Positions 63,884-64,000 of a stretch of 64,000 nucleotides of DNA are shown here, piece after piece. The position numbers and the translations under genes were made by a program. The DNA comes from Octopus vulgaris (lineage: Eukaryota): the NCBI GenBank assembly GCA_951406725.2, contig OX597817.1:124186001-124250000 (forward strand). The letters are read 5' to 3'. Position 1 is the stretch's first letter. Every line of letters begins with the position of its first letter. Under the pieces are notes generated by a model. The model did not search any database. It was not told the origin of the DNA and was given only the letters and a program-made list of their open reading frames with translations.

Positions 63884-64000
63884 GAGGTCCAGTCCTTTTA
63901 GTGATGTGATGATTGGTGTACCTCACTGACCCTGAGAGCTATGCCAGTGGAGTGCAGCCTCCTAACAGGGCTTCCCATCCTGAACAGGTCAAAGAATAAA
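63884..64000 (+). mobile_element. RTE-clade (Expander/Rex3/BovB-type) 5' UTR start, or a SINE carrying it
   Basis: CTCACTGACCCTGAGAGCTATGCC...CCTAACAGGGCTTCCCAT...ACAGGTC resembles the conserved RTE 5' UTR motif (CTCAATGA.CCT..GAGCTATG...GGTAGGG.C.CCCA....ACAGGTC), from recall. It runs off the window edge. Confidence 0.6.

Overview
AT-rich, microsatellite-dense, repeat-dominated eukaryotic DNA. The SINE, RTE and Penelope repertoire resembles Octopus (coleoid cephalopod) genomes; that assignment is an inference from recalled repeat families. No host protein-coding gene could be supported, so the window is probably intronic or intergenic. It contains: a degenerate Helitron (PIF1 helicase plus 3' hairpin-CTAG end); a young 5'-truncated RTE LINE whose reverse transcriptase (RT) carries an embedded PHD-type Cys/His finger and whose 3' UTR carries a 62-bp VNTR; many more RTE 3' ends; an R4/Dong-like LINE between (TAA)n arrays; Penelope remnants; a full-length decayed mariner (DD34D) and a maT (DD37D) remnant; piggyBac, hAT and mariner MITEs; and about 30 copies of at least four SINE-like families. 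The most unusual signals are: short (TA)n-nested Penelope-type elements and fold-backs carrying degenerate minimal hammerhead-ribozyme cores; several long inverted repeats, including a 304-bp palindrome with identical outer arms but diverged inner arms; a ~560-bp non-coding element embedded in (TAA)n; and an old local duplication near 58.5 and 63.3 kb. Boundaries of degenerate repeats are approximate and were read by eye.
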